A DNA stretch of 64,000 bases from an uncultured Gemmatimonadales bacterium (GTDB lineage Bacteria > Gemmatimonadota > Gemmatimonadetes > JACCXV01 > JAHWKZ01): contig CAMYLR010000023.1 of NCBI GenBank assembly GCA_947259315.1, positions 6,276 to 70,275 on the forward strand, written 5' to 3'. Of this stretch, positions 44,107 through 55,665 are shown piece by piece. Every line of letters begins with the position of its first letter. Positions within the stretch are counted from its first letter, which is position 1. Made by a program: the position numbers and the translations under genes. Under the pieces are notes generated by a model. That model had not been told where the DNA came from and did no database searches. It worked only from the letters and a program-made list of their open reading frames with translations.

Positions 44107-46143
44107 CTACATCTCCTCGGCTCGCCGAAGATCCTCTGTCACCTCGCCACCGGAATGCGCGCGTTCGGCGACATACCAGAGCAACCCCGCCAACCCACCA
44201 AACACGATCAACGAGACGGCCGTGCCGGCGCCCTCGGTGACACCGGTAACCGCGGTCTGGAAGGCGCTGATCAGCGCCGATTGCTCACCGAAGAACACCA
44301 GGCCGGCGATGATGACGCCGACGAGAGCGGCCCCGGCGATCAACCCCGACGCGAACAGCACCCCGTTTTCCCGCTTCTCCCGCAAGACATCGATCCGGGC
44401 GGCGTGACGCTTCTCGATCGCCAATCGGACGATCCCACCGACCAAGATCGGCGACATGAGCGAGAGCGGCAGGTAGAGACCTACCGCCACCACCAGCGAC
44501 GGCAACCCAACCATCTCGAACATCGCCGCCAAAAATATCCCCGCCACGACGAGCGCCCACGGCAAGTCGGCGTTGACCACGCCGTCGATCACCAGCGCCA
44601 TCAGCGTCGCCTGTGGGGCGGGCAGCTCTTCCGAGCCGATCCCGATCCCGCCATGCAGCACCATCAAGACTGAACCCATTACGGTGGCCGCCGTCAGCAC
44701 GCCGATCATCTCGCCGATCTGCTGACGCCGCGGCGTCGCCCCGATCAGGAAGCCGGTCTTGAGGTCCTGTGACGTGTCACCGGCGATCGCCGCACTGATC
44801 GCGATGATCGCACCGACGAGCAGGATCGCCATGCGTGGATCAACGACCGTGTTCTCGGTCCGGCCCAGCGCGACAAAGAGCAACGCAGTCAGCAGCAACG
44901 TGGCGATCGTCATGCCGCTGACCGGATTGGACGAGGTGCCGACCAGTCCGACGATGCGCGACGAGACGGTGACAAAGAAGAACGAGAAGATGACCATCAG
45001 GATCGCCCCGAGCGCTCCGGCGGGCGCGAACGAAGCCGGCAGAAGAGCCAGGATCAGGGCGATCCCAAGCGCTCCGGCGATTACGGTCGTGAACGGGAGG
45101 TCCCTCTCGGTGCGCTTAATCGAACCCTGGTCGGTGCTCTCACGGATCCCGCGCATGCCCATGCGGAAAGAGCCGACGATCGTCGGCAACGCCCGTACGA
45201 GCGTGATGATGCCGCCAAACGCGACCGCGCCCGCACCGACGTACCGGATGTAGCGGTTCCAAATTTCGCCCGGTTCCATGTCGCGAATCAACGCTTCGGT
45301 CTCGGGATAGAGCGGTGCGCCGGCGGACGCCCCGAAAGTCGCAATCAGTGGAATCAGGACGAGCCACGAAACGGCGCTGCCCATGAACAGGATCGCGGAG
45401 ATCCGTGGTCCGATGATGTAACCGACTCCGAGTAGCTCGGGGGTGGCGTCGATGCCGAACTCGGCTTTGGGATAGCCACGGATCCGAAACGCCGGGTCAC
45501 CGCGCCAAAGCGAGAGCGCGTTGTTGTTCACGAAATACTGATAGATCGCCCCCACACCGAGGCCGGCAAACAGAAGCCGCGCCTTGGCGCCACCGGTGTC
45601 GCCGGCGGCCAGCACCTCGGCGCACGCCGTCCCCTCCGGGTAGGGCAGCCTGCCGTGCTCGTCGCGGATCAAGTAACGGCGCAGCGGGATCATGAACAGA
45701 ACGCCCAGTAACCCGCCGAGCGCAGCCAGCGTAAAGATCAGCAATTGGCTGGGTGACAATCCGAAGATGAAAAGCGCGGGCAGCGTGAAGATCACTCCAG
45801 CCGCCAGCGACTCCCCCGCCGAACCGACGGTCTGGACCATGTTGCCCTCGAGGATCGTACCGCCCTTGAGCGCGCGGAAGAACGCCACGCCCATGACCGC
45901 CGCCGGGATCGACGCGCTCACGGTCAGACCGACCTTGAGACCCAGATACGCGTTGGCGGCGCCAAACACGACGCCGACGCCGATGCCGATGATCACCGCG
46001 CGCAGCGTGAACTCGCGCAGTGTGGCTTCGGCCGGCACATACGGTCGGTAATCGCTGCCGGGGATCTCCTCGTAAGCCTCGGGCGGCAAGCCCTTGCCTT
46101 GACGGGTCGTTGATTCCGGCTTCGTGACGACGTCTTCGCTCAT
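44107..46143 (-). CDS. OPT-family oligopeptide transporter
   Basis: A 678-aa polytopic protein, with REFTLRAVIIGIGVGVVFGAANAYLGLKVGLTVSASIPAAVM..GESLAAGVIFTLPAL typical of bacterial OPT. Confidence 0.8.
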   Translation of the reverse strand: MSEDVVTKPESTTRQGKGLPPEAYEEIPGSDYRPYVPAEATLREFTLRAVIIGIGVGVVFGAANAYLGLKVGLTVSASIPAAVMGVAFFRALKGGTILEGNMVQTVGSAGESLAAGVIFTLPALFIFGLSPSQLLIFTLAALGGLLGVLFMIPLRRYLIRDEHGRLPYPEGTACAEVLAAGDTGGAKARLLFAGLGVGAIYQYFVNNNALSLWRGDPAFRIRGYPKAEFGIDATPELLGVGYIIGPRISAILFMGSAVSWLVLIPLIATFGASAGAPLYPETEALIRDMEPGEIWNRYIRYVGAGAVAFGGIITLVRALPTIVGSFRMGMRGIRESTDQGSIKRTERDLPFTTVIAGALGIALILALLPASFAPAGALGAILMVIFSFFFVTVSSRIVGLVGTSSNPVSGMTIATLLLTALLFVALGRTENTVVDPRMAILLVGAIIAISAAIAGDTSQDLKTGFLIGATPRRQQIGEMIGVLTAATVMGSVLMVLHGGIGIGSEELPAPQATLMALVIDGVVNADLPWALVVAGIFLAAMFEMVGLPSLVVAVGLYLPLSLMSPILVGGIVRLAIEKRHAARIDVLREKRENGVLFASGLIAGAALVGVIIAGLVFFGEQSALISAFQTAVTGVTEGAGTAVSLIVFGGLAGLLWYVAERAHSGGEVTEDLRRAEEM

Positions 46144-47330
46144 CGAGCCTCCCCGGATTGGGGTCTGTTGGAGCTGGAGCGGATGGTTGCCGCTCGCTTC
46201 CGAAGATGATCCACCTGGACGAGGATGTCGTCGATCGGCGGCGGCGCAGCGTTAGCGCCGGCCCAACGGTACCGAATCCGGCCGGACTCGTCCACGACCA
46301 GGATCTGGGGCGTACCGCCACCCCCAAAGTCGGCGCGGGCTTGATCCCTGTCAGGGGGGACGAGGATCGCGAACGACTGTGGCGGGCCGGCGGCGGCGGG
46401 ATCACCCCCCAACCACACCCCGACTAGCGCCCCATCGCGGCGCCGCATCGCGGTCGCCAGTTCTCCGAGCCGGGTGGCGTAGCCCGGGCAACCGGTGCAC
46501 GCCGCGTCCCAAAGCGCAAGCACCAGCGGGCGACCGATCAGAGCTCCGGTCGCAAGCGGCGGGCCGGTACGCCGCGGGTAAGCGATATCGGGCAGCGGGT
46601 CGCGGAGCGGTCGAGCCACCAGCAGTTGCTGGCGCTCGTCTTCGATCCGGGCACGCTCTGCCGCGCGCAGATCGTCGAGCCCCCGCAGCGAGCCGTGACG
46701 CCTCCGATACACCGTCTCGAGCGGCAGCGTGGCGCGCTCTCCAACACCGCGAACCTCGGCATCGAGGAACGCGTCGATCGCGTCATTCCACAGCCGGCGG
46801 GCGGCGTACACGCGTCCGAGGTGTAAGAAGTGCTCGGCGTAGCCGGTCGTCGTGCCACGGCTGTTGATCTCGGCAACCGCCGACACGAGGGCGGCCTCCG
46901 CCTGCCTCAGGTCCTGCTGACGGAAAGCGACCCATCCGAGCGAGTCCAACAGCCGTCCGCGGTAGGCGCGAAAATACCGGCCGGATGTCTCACCCTCTGG
47001 CAATAACTCTCGGTCCTCGAATTCGAGTCGGGCCAACCATTGCTGTATTTGTGTTTCGAGCGCGGGTAGCTCGCTTGATGGCAATGAATCAGCGGCGGCG
47101 GCGAAAACGTTCGACAAGCTGTCGAGATCGGGTGGCAAACGAACCGGTTCGGCGGGAACGACTTCAGGCTCGGGCTGGGGCCGGACACCAAAACACCCCA
47201 CGCCGATCGCCATGCAGACAATCCCCAACGCGATCCACCCCCTCACAAGCCCGCTTGTCGGTCCACGTGGAGTCAGCAAGCTTTGGCGGTCATGCACACG
47301 GCGACGTCCATAGTCAGATCGCGATTTCAT
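46140..47330 (-). CDS. thioredoxin-fold (TlpA-like) protein with an N-terminal helical/TPR-like region, probably membrane-anchored or a lipoprotein
   Basis: A hydrophobic anchor (WIALGIVCMAIGVGCFG) and a CxxC site in LVLALWDAACTGCPGY. The stop overlaps the OPT ATG (ATGA). The start is uncertain: 47330 is preferred over 47393, which would overlap the divergent gene. Confidence 0.55.
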   Translation of the reverse strand: MKSRSDYGRRRVHDRQSLLTPRGPTSGLVRGWIALGIVCMAIGVGCFGVRPQPEPEVVPAEPVRLPPDLDSLSNVFAAAADSLPSSELPALETQIQQWLARLEFEDRELLPEGETSGRYFRAYRGRLLDSLGWVAFRQQDLRQAEAALVSAVAEINSRGTTTGYAEHFLHLGRVYAARRLWNDAIDAFLDAEVRGVGERATLPLETVYRRRHGSLRGLDDLRAAERARIEDERQQLLVARPLRDPLPDIAYPRRTGPPLATGALIGRPLVLALWDAACTGCPGYATRLGELATAMRRRDGALVGVWLGGDPAAAGPPQSFAILVPPDRDQARADFGGGGTPQILVVDESGRIRYRWAGANAAPPPIDDILVQVDHLRKRAATIRSSSNRPQSGEAR

Positions 47331-47374
47331 CGAGGGACGGTGACGATAGCCGAGCCCACCGCCGGCGGCCAAAC

Positions 47375-48298
47375 GTGAGACGCAAGACGACACTAATCCT
47401 GCTCGCGGCGCTGCTCGTGCTGGTGGTCGCGCTCTGGCGCTATAGCACCCGCGATTATCGACCTGTGTTCAGTCGCGCCGCTGGGGAGCTCATTCAGGTC
47501 CGCGATTCGACCGGCTTCGGCCGCGCCGAAGACGGCAAGCAGTTGACCGAGGTTACGTTGGTCAGCGACACCGGTCTCGAGGTGCGGGTACGTGTTCGCG
47601 CTACCGGCGAACGCACCGGTACGCGCTACCCGGCTGCGCTGATGGTTGGTGGGATGAGGACCGGTCGCGAGACGGTCGATGTCCCCCTCGAGACTGAGAA
47701 CTTGGTCCTGGCCAGCGTTGACTACCCATACGACGGCCCGATTTGGCCTGAGGGATGGCAGTGGGTGCGGTATCTCATTCCGCTTCGGCGCGGGTTTCTG
47801 GAGACGCCCCCGGCGTTGCTTCTGGCGGCGCAATACCTGTACACCCGAGATGACGTCGACCCCGAGCGGGTGTCGATTATCGGTGTCAGCCTTGGGGTCC
47901 CGTTCGCGGCCGCTACGGCAGCGACCGACCGCCGGCTAGCAGGTGCCGCGCTGCTGCACGGCGGTGCCGACATTCGCCGCATGGCGTACTACGCCTATGC
48001 CGATGAAGGACCCGCCTGGGTGATGAACGGTTTGGCGCTCGTGACGGCGTGGATGGTGGCGCCGCTCGAGCCCACCAAGTACGCCGGTGAAATCGCGCCG
48101 CGCCCGACGTTGGTCGTGAACGCCACCGACGACAAGCGCGTCGACCCGCAGAGCGGCGATCGGCTACAACAGGCGGTGCGCCAGCCAAAACGGGTCATCT
48201 GGCACGAAAGCGGTCATGTTCACCGCACTCAAACGGAGATCGTGGTCGAGCTCATGGAGATGACGCTCGACTGGATGGACGCCAACGGGCTGAGATGA
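47375..48298 (+). CDS. alpha/beta-hydrolase (dienelactone-hydrolase-like), membrane-anchored
   Basis: GTG start. VRRKTTLILLAALLVLVVALW is a TM segment, IIGVSLGVPFAA is a GxSxG nucleophile elbow, and HESGHVH is near the C-terminus. Only the last 307 aa of ORF 46985..48298 are accepted. Confidence 0.6.
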   Translation: MRRKTTLILLAALLVLVVALWRYSTRDYRPVFSRAAGELIQVRDSTGFGRAEDGKQLTEVTLVSDTGLEVRVRVRATGERTGTRYPAALMVGGMRTGRETVDVPLETENLVLASVDYPYDGPIWPEGWQWVRYLIPLRRGFLETPPALLLAAQYLYTRDDVDPERVSIIGVSLGVPFAAATAATDRRLAGAALLHGGADIRRMAYYAYADEGPAWVMNGLALVTAWMVAPLEPTKYAGEIAPRPTLVVNATDDKRVDPQSGDRLQQAVRQPKRVIWHESGHVHRTQTEIVVELMEMTLDWMDANGLR

Positions 48299-48437
48299 GG
48301 CCCATTTGACGCAGGTTGACGCCAGACCGGGTAGACGGCGACATTCATTACCCGTTCAGGCGCCCCCCCTGTGTGTTCCTGGACGACCGGCTCGACGACG
48401 ACTCTTTTTTCGAACCCGGACCCCGGAGGTCTCCCGC

Positions 48438-48773
48438 ATGCGGTTTTTGAAGCTCTTTCCCGTTTTTGCGTTTGTTGCGCTGTTAACGGTCGGCGCCTGT
48501 CAGCAGGCTCAGGACGCAGCCGACAGCGCCACCGACGCCATGGACGACGCGGCCGCTGAGGTCGAAGGCATGGCCGATGAGGGCATGGACGAGATGGAAG
48601 GCATGGCGGACGAAGCCATGGACGAGATGGAAGGCATGGCGGACGAAGCCATGGACGAGATGGAAGGCATGGCCGACGACGCCATGGACGCGGCCAATCC
48701 GTGCAATCCGTGCGCGGGCAATCCGTGCAGCCCGGACGCGACTAACCCCTGTGCGGGCGACGACTCGCCCTAA
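48438..48773 (+). CDS. small lipoprotein with Met/Asp/Glu-rich tandem repeats and a Cys-containing NPC-repeat tail
   Basis: MRFLKLFPVFAFVALLTVGACQQ contains a lipobox. It is followed by EGMADEGMDEMEGMADEAMDEMEGMADEAMDEMEGMADDAMD and then ANPCNPCAGNPCSPDATNPCAGDDSP. A GGAGG RBS lies 8 nt upstream, and a strong terminator follows the gene. Confidence 0.75.
   Translation: MRFLKLFPVFAFVALLTVGACQQAQDAADSATDAMDDAAAEVEGMADEGMDEMEGMADEAMDEMEGMADEAMDEMEGMADDAMDAANPCNPCAGNPCSPDATNPCAGDDSP
48566..48690 (+). repeat. 33-bp in-frame tandem repeat, about 3.5 copies
   Basis: 48585..48617 and 48618..48650 are identical (ATGGACGAGATGGAAGGCATGGCGGACGAAGCC). 48651..48683 differs at 2 positions. There are partial flanking copies. 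Confidence 0.95.
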
Positions 48774-48806
48774 CGCGGAGGCGCGCGATTATCGCGTAAC
48801 GTTCGA

Positions 48807-48840
48807 GCGGCCGTCCTTTTCGGGACGGCCGCTTTTTTTT
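48807..48840 (+). terminator. rho-independent terminator
   Basis: GCGGCCGTCC-TTTTC-GGGACGGCCGC followed by TTTTTTTT (48833..48840). Confidence 0.85.
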
Positions 48841-48866
48841 GGTAGCTCAAAACGAGATCGAGGGCA

Positions 48867-50815
<1,949 letters not shown>

Positions 50816-50819
<4 letters not shown>

Positions 50820-51871
50820 CCGCCGCGGCGCGAAGCCAACACTTCGAGCGCCGCGTCGATCACCGCTGCGGGCTCCGGGTCGGTGAAGGGATCGAGACCG
50901 GCCCGGGTCCGCCGCGGCCAATGGCGAGCCTCGGCGCCAGCGACGGCCACTCCCGGCAGGTGTTCCGCCGGGCCGTGAACAGCGGCGCTCGAGCGTCCAA
51001 AGACCGCTACCACGGGTGTTCCGACCAACCCCGCGAGGTGCATCGGGCCGGTATCCATCCCGATGAACAAGTCACACCGGGAGAGCAGGTATGTGAGCTC
51101 CCGAATCGTCGTCGGCGGGATCAGGTGCGCGTCGCCGAGTGCGTCGGCGAGCGCCTGGGCCTCTTGTTCTTCCGCTGGGCCCCAGCCGATCAGCAACGTG
51201 CCGCCGGAGCGCTGTTTGATTTCGCGCAGCGCCGCTTCCAGCCGAGCCGGGTCCCACCGCTTGTGGCTGCCACTGACGCTCGACCCGGGATACGCCAACA
51301 ACCAGGGTCGCGTTCGGTCACGGATCGTCTCGAGGAACTCATCAATGCGCGACCTCTCCTCGGAATCAAACTCAGGGCGGGCGGCGACGACATCCGGCAC
51401 GTCGAGCCACTCCACCAGCGAGCGGTGTCGAAGATGGCGGTTGACGTCTTTCGCCGCCGGGTAGCGCAGACCGTGATACCAAAGCCAGGCGAGGTTACGC
51501 GCGTGACCGGGACCCCAACCGACGCGCACCCCTCGGCCACCCGCCGCGACCGCCCACACCGCCCCCTTCAACATCCCCTGGAAGTCGAGCACGAGATCGT
51601 AACCCCGCGCGCGCATACGCGACCGTAATTGCCACGGATCACGCGACAGTATCTCTCGCCAGCGTCTGAACGGGACGACAAAGAGCTCGTCGATCTGGGG
51701 GTGACCGCGGAGCACATCGGCGGCCTTCGACTGCACCACCCAGTCGATCTCGGCGTCGGGAAACTTCTGCCGCAGGCCGTTCAGCATCGGCAGCACGCGC
51801 GCCACGTCACCGATCGAGCCCAGCCGGACGATCAGGATGCGGCGCGGATCCGCGGGTAGCGCACGAAGCAT
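50816..51871 (-). CDS. glycosyltransferase family 9 (heptosyltransferase-like)
   Basis: [82 protein letters not shown]. These are the last 351 aa of ORF 50816..52186. Confidence 0.8.
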
Positions 51872-51929
51872 GGCGGGAAGGTACTTGGCACTCTGAAGGA
51901 CGTGTATCTTTGTGGCCAGGAGGCACTGC

Positions 51930-52820
51930 ATGAACCAGCGCGAAACGGGAACGATCGAGGTCAAACGCGGTCTCGCCCAGATGCTCAAGGGCGGAGTCAT
52001 CATGGACGTGACCACGGTCGACATGGCGAAGGTCGCCGAGCAGGCCGGCGCGGTCGCGGTGATGGCGCTCGAGCGTGTCCCGTCGGACATCCGCGCCGGC
52101 GGTGGCGTGGCTCGAATGGCCCCAGTCAGCAAGATCAAGGAGATCGTTGCCGGGGTGTCGATCCCGGTCATGGCCAAGTGCCGCATCGGTCATTTTGTCG
52201 AAGCGCAGATCGAGGAAGCGTTGGGCGTCGACTACCTCGACGAATCCGAGGTGCTAACGCCCGCCGACGAGGCGCACCACATCGACAAGCACGAGTTCAC
52301 GATCCCGTTCGTGTGTGGGGCGCGCGACCTGGGTGAGGCGTTGCGCCGGATCGGTGAAGGCGCGGCGATGATCCGCACCAAGGGCGAGCCCGGCACTGGC
52401 AACATCGTCGAAGCGGTGCGGCACCTGCGGATGATCCGGGCGCAGATCAGAGACCTTGCGACGCGTCCGGCCGAGGAGCTGCTGGTAGCCGCCAAGGAAC
52501 TGCGCGCACCACTCGATCTGGTGGAGGAGACCGCGCGGACCGAGCGGTTGCCGGTGGTCAACTTCGCCGCCGGCGGGGTCGCCATCCCTGCTGACGCCGC
52601 GCTCATGATGCAACTCGGCGCCGACGGAGTATTCGTTGGCTCGGGCATCTTCAAGTCCGAGAACCCAGCTGCTTTCGCGCGCGCGATCGTGCTCGCGACC
52701 ACGCACTACGATGATCCCGACATCCTGGCCCGCGTCTCCGAAGAGCTGGGCACCGACGCGGCGATGGTGGGGCTCGAGCGACTGACCGAAGAAGAGCTCA
52801 TGCAGATCCGCTCGACTTGA
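51930..52820 (+). CDS. pdxS: pyridoxal 5'-phosphate synthase, lyase subunit PdxS
   Basis: [13 protein letters not shown]....[27 protein letters not shown]...V.IPVMAK.RIGH..EA. An AGGAGG RBS precedes ATG 51930. Confidence 0.95.
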   Translation: MNQRETGTIEVKRGLAQMLKGGVIMDVTTVDMAKVAEQAGAVAVMALERVPSDIRAGGGVARMAPVSKIKEIVAGVSIPVMAKCRIGHFVEAQIEEALGVDYLDESEVLTPADEAHHIDKHEFTIPFVCGARDLGEALRRIGEGAAMIRTKGEPGTGNIVEAVRHLRMIRAQIRDLATRPAEELLVAAKELRAPLDLVEETARTERLPVVNFAAGGVAIPADAALMMQLGADGVFVGSGIFKSENPAAFARAIVLATTHYDDPDILARVSEELGTDAAMVGLERLTEEELMQIRST

Positions 52821-53413
52821 GCGCCCGCCCCACGATCGGCGTGCTCGGCGTGCAGGGCGACGTTTCCGAGCACATGGCGGCGGTCGAGCGAGCCGGTGGT
52901 ACCGCACGCAAGGTCAAGCGTCCCGATGAATTAACTGACGTCGCCGGCCTCATACTCCCTGGCGGCGAGTCGACGACCCACCGTCGATTGCTCGACTACG
53001 AAGATCTGCTATCGGCGATCACCGATCGTTACCGCGACGGGATGGCGGTCTTTGGCACGTGCGCTGGGGCGATCCTGTTGGCGACCGAGGTTCTCGGCGC
53101 GCCGACGCCCCACCTCTCGCTGGTCGACATCACCGTACGGCGAAACGCGTTCGGCCGTCAGCGCGAATCGTTCGTCACCGATCTCGACGTCGCCGGGTTG
53201 GACGGCGGGCCGCTGAGAGCGGTGTTCATCCGCGCACCGATCATCGAGCGGGTCGGTCCCGGGATCGACGTGCTGGCGACCGTCGATGGCGAGATCGTCC
53301 TGGCCGAGAGCGACCGCGCGTTGGTCGCCGCCTTCCACCCCGAGCTCACCGCCGACGATCGATTGCACAAGCGCTTCCTGGAGAAGACGGCCACGGCCGA
53401 GGTGGCACGCTAG
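52817..53413 (+). CDS. pdxT: pyridoxal 5'-phosphate synthase, glutaminase subunit PdxT
   Basis: [47 protein letters not shown]. The TTG start overlaps the pdxS stop. Confidence 0.9.
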   Translation: MSARPTIGVLGVQGDVSEHMAAVERAGGTARKVKRPDELTDVAGLILPGGESTTHRRLLDYEDLLSAITDRYRDGMAVFGTCAGAILLATEVLGAPTPHLSLVDITVRRNAFGRQRESFVTDLDVAGLDGGPLRAVFIRAPIIERVGPGIDVLATVDGEIVLAESDRALVAAFHPELTADDRLHKRFLEKTATAEVAR

Positions 53414-53621
53414 CGGCTCCGGCTGAGGGGCCACTACCTACCGTCCCAGGGGCTTCTTCCCCACAGACAGCTGACAGTCAGCCGGTTACGATTAGACACG
53501 AGTGGGTCGAACCGATTCCGGGCGCTTGGAACCCTCGTGGTCACCCTGGCGAGACCACACCCCGGCCGGTCTCTCAGCCAATTACGACGCCGCACTCGAC
53601 ACCATGTGCCCCACCGTGGGG

Positions 53622-54179
53622 ATGCGAATTATGCTGACTTACTTGCTCGCTTTGACGCTGCCAGTTGCAGCAACTGCGCTGCTATATGCCCGATACGAGT
53701 ATCGCAAGCGAGGCAAATTGACGTTTCTTGGGCTGGCGCTGCTTTGTGCGATGTTATTCGTCCCGAATCTGGTGATTGAATTCGCGACTACGTATGCGAT
53801 GCCAACCACATTGCTGGACGGCATGGGTGTCATGGTTGGTATTGTCGGTATCGTCTTGTGCCTGCGTGGCGTCATCGCGTTTCGCTCGCTGCCCAAGGTT
53901 CTCTGTTTAGATCCAGGCGAGCTTGCGGAGGCCGGACCATACCGTTGGAGCAGGAACCCGCAATACGTCGGCTGGTTTCTGTTCCTACTGGGTTTCGCTC
54001 TCAATGACTGGTCGATATGGTGTCTTGGAGCGTTGCTCGTTGTTCTGATCAGCTTGCACTTTCTTGTATTGATAGAAGAAGAGCATCTGCGCCGTATTTT
54101 TGGCTCACAATACGTCGAGTTCTGCCGTCGAACGCCACGCTATCTGGGTTGGGGGCCTTTAAGGTTGACGAGCTCATGA
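53622..54179 (+). CDS. isoprenylcysteine carboxyl methyltransferase (ICMT)/phospholipid methyltransferase-family membrane protein
   Basis: Several TM segments, then GPYRWSRNPQYVGWFLFLLGFAL..LIEEEHLRRIFGSQYVEFCRRTPRY. It sits in a segment with a clearly lower GC content than the backbone. Confidence 0.7.
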   Translation: MRIMLTYLLALTLPVAATALLYARYEYRKRGKLTFLGLALLCAMLFVPNLVIEFATTYAMPTTLLDGMGVMVGIVGIVLCLRGVIAFRSLPKVLCLDPGELAEAGPYRWSRNPQYVGWFLFLLGFALNDWSIWCLGALLVVLISLHFLVLIEEEHLRRIFGSQYVEFCRRTPRYLGWGPLRLTSS

Positions 54180-54479
54180 ACGTTTTCTTCTATGGTCTTT
54201 TCATGGATGAAAACCTGCTCGCCGAGAAAGGAATTACTGCAAGCAATCCGGTCGTCGGATTCGTCTGTATGCGGACAGTAGTGTCGCGGACTTGTACCAG
54301 AATCGGTCACCATCGAATTCGCGGACGGAAGTAACGCCGAAGCCAGTTGCTACAACCTACCCGACAACAAGGTCACCGGGACCAATAAGATTTATGCAGA
54401 TTCGTTACTCAAACTGGCAACCCGATTGAATTTGCCTGCGCCGTACCTAGACCAAATCAGGCAGGCGGGACGGCCGTAG
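54176..54479 (+). pseudogene. decayed gamma-glutamylcyclotransferase (AIG2/GGACT-like) gene, with an internal deletion and at least two frame changes
   Basis: Frame 1 reads MNVFFYGLFMDENLLAEKGITASNPVVGFV and then nonsense, with a stop at 54332. A second frame from 54265 reads LYADSSVAD. A third frame from 54294 reads VPESVTIEFADGSNAEASCYNLPDNKVTGTNKIYADSLLKLATRLNLPAPYLDQIRQAGRP*, with TAG at 54477..54479. Confidence 0.65.
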
Positions 54480-54506
54480 CAACAAATTCGAACCCTTCAG
54501 CGTTCA

Positions 54507-54538
54507 CCCCGCCCCCCCGGGAGCAAACCGGGGGGCGG
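54507..54538. terminator. GC-rich hairpin between convergent genes
   Basis: CCGCCCCCCCGG (54509..54520) pairs with CCGGGGGGCGG (54528..54538), with one bulged C and a 7-nt loop. There is no clear U-tract. Confidence 0.4.
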
Positions 54539-54556
54539 ATCCTCATCACTCAAGCT

Positions 54557-55603
54557 TCAGCAGACCTCGCCAGCCAGGAACCAGCATCGCGTCTGCGCGC
54601 TTGTCTTAAGGAACTCGAGCAGCATCGCGCCGACCTTTTGCTCACCTAGTGGCGAGGGATGTGTACCGTCGCCGACAAAGTCGTCGCGCACCCAGATCAA
54701 GCCGTCGGAGCGCGGGTTCTCGCCGTCAGCCCACAGATACGGCCCCCACGCCAACCACGGCGCACCGAAGTCGAGGCTCAGATCGCCAGCCTCGGAATCG
54801 ATGACCCCGGTTCGCGATTGCATGATCTGGGCTTCGATGAGCCACTTGACCGAAAAGCCGGTCTCAAACGCGTACGGCTCGGGGTTGAGCGTGGTGGTGG
54901 CGTAGCCAGCGTACGTGCGGCTCGAGACAAAAACTTGTTGCAGGTTGGGATAGTGAGCCATGAGCGCACGGATGATGTCGCCCAAGCTCGCTTCGAGCTG
55001 CAACGCATCCGCATCGGCGGCCGGTAAAGAAACCGTCGGCCGCGGGTTGGCCTGCTTGATCCACGCGATTTGAACCTGAGCTTCGGTTAGCCCCAATGGC
55101 GCCAGCCGCTGATCGCGTACGCGATCGTAGACCGGGTCGTCGGGCGAGTCCCACTCGGTGGCGGGGTGGCCGCCGACCGCGCCGTCGACCAACACCAGGT
55201 GCTCGTGCTCGACCGTCGGGTCGGCCATCGCTTGCCCGACAAAGCTCCACGGCGCACAGTCGGTAACGCGTCCCCTGCAAAACTCACGGGTCGTGTTCGA
55301 CATGCCGACTGACAGCAATGCGTACACGCCATCGGGGTCGGGATCACCATCCTCGCCCAGTGGTTGGATCTGCGCGGCTCGGTTCTTCCCCACCGCGGCG
55401 TGGTCGCTCGGTATCGTGTTCGCGCCACCCGGATAGAGCCCACCGAGAAACCCTTGGTACGTCGCCCCTGTTAGCTCGGTCAGCGGTGCGACAACATCAA
55501 CGTCGGGTAGATCACCCGGCGACGGCGCGTCCGACACCTCCGGCGTCGTGACACCGTTGCACGCAAACACCAAGACGATTCCGAAGACCACGAGAACGCG
55601 CAT
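54557..55603 (-). CDS. putative SGNH-type hydrolase/esterase lipoprotein
   Basis: A lipobox (VFGIVLVFACNG), LLSVGMSNT resembling the GxSx block I of SGNH esterases, and a C-terminal DGTHPS (DxxH block V). The family call is tentative. Confidence 0.4.
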   Translation of the reverse strand: MRVLVVFGIVLVFACNGVTTPEVSDAPSPGDLPDVDVVAPLTELTGATYQGFLGGLYPGGANTIPSDHAAVGKNRAAQIQPLGEDGDPDPDGVYALLSVGMSNTTREFCRGRVTDCAPWSFVGQAMADPTVEHEHLVLVDGAVGGHPATEWDSPDDPVYDRVRDQRLAPLGLTEAQVQIAWIKQANPRPTVSLPAADADALQLEASLGDIIRALMAHYPNLQQVFVSSRTYAGYATTTLNPEPYAFETGFSVKWLIEAQIMQSRTGVIDSEAGDLSLDFGAPWLAWGPYLWADGENPRSDGLIWVRDDFVGDGTHPSPLGEQKVGAMLLEFLKTSAQTRCWFLAGEVC

Positions 55604-55665
55604 CCCACCTCCGACACGAAGAAGTCACGTCGCTTGTGGTTGGGACGCGCGCCGGCGGTCCGGCG

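Noticed and set aside
54484-54560. A GGGTTCGAA (T-loop-like) motif on the minus strand, which could have marked a tRNA or an att site at the edge of the low-GC islet.
   Set aside because: The flanking bases cannot form a T-stem, an acceptor stem or an anticodon arm. The region is better explained as a GC-rich hairpin.
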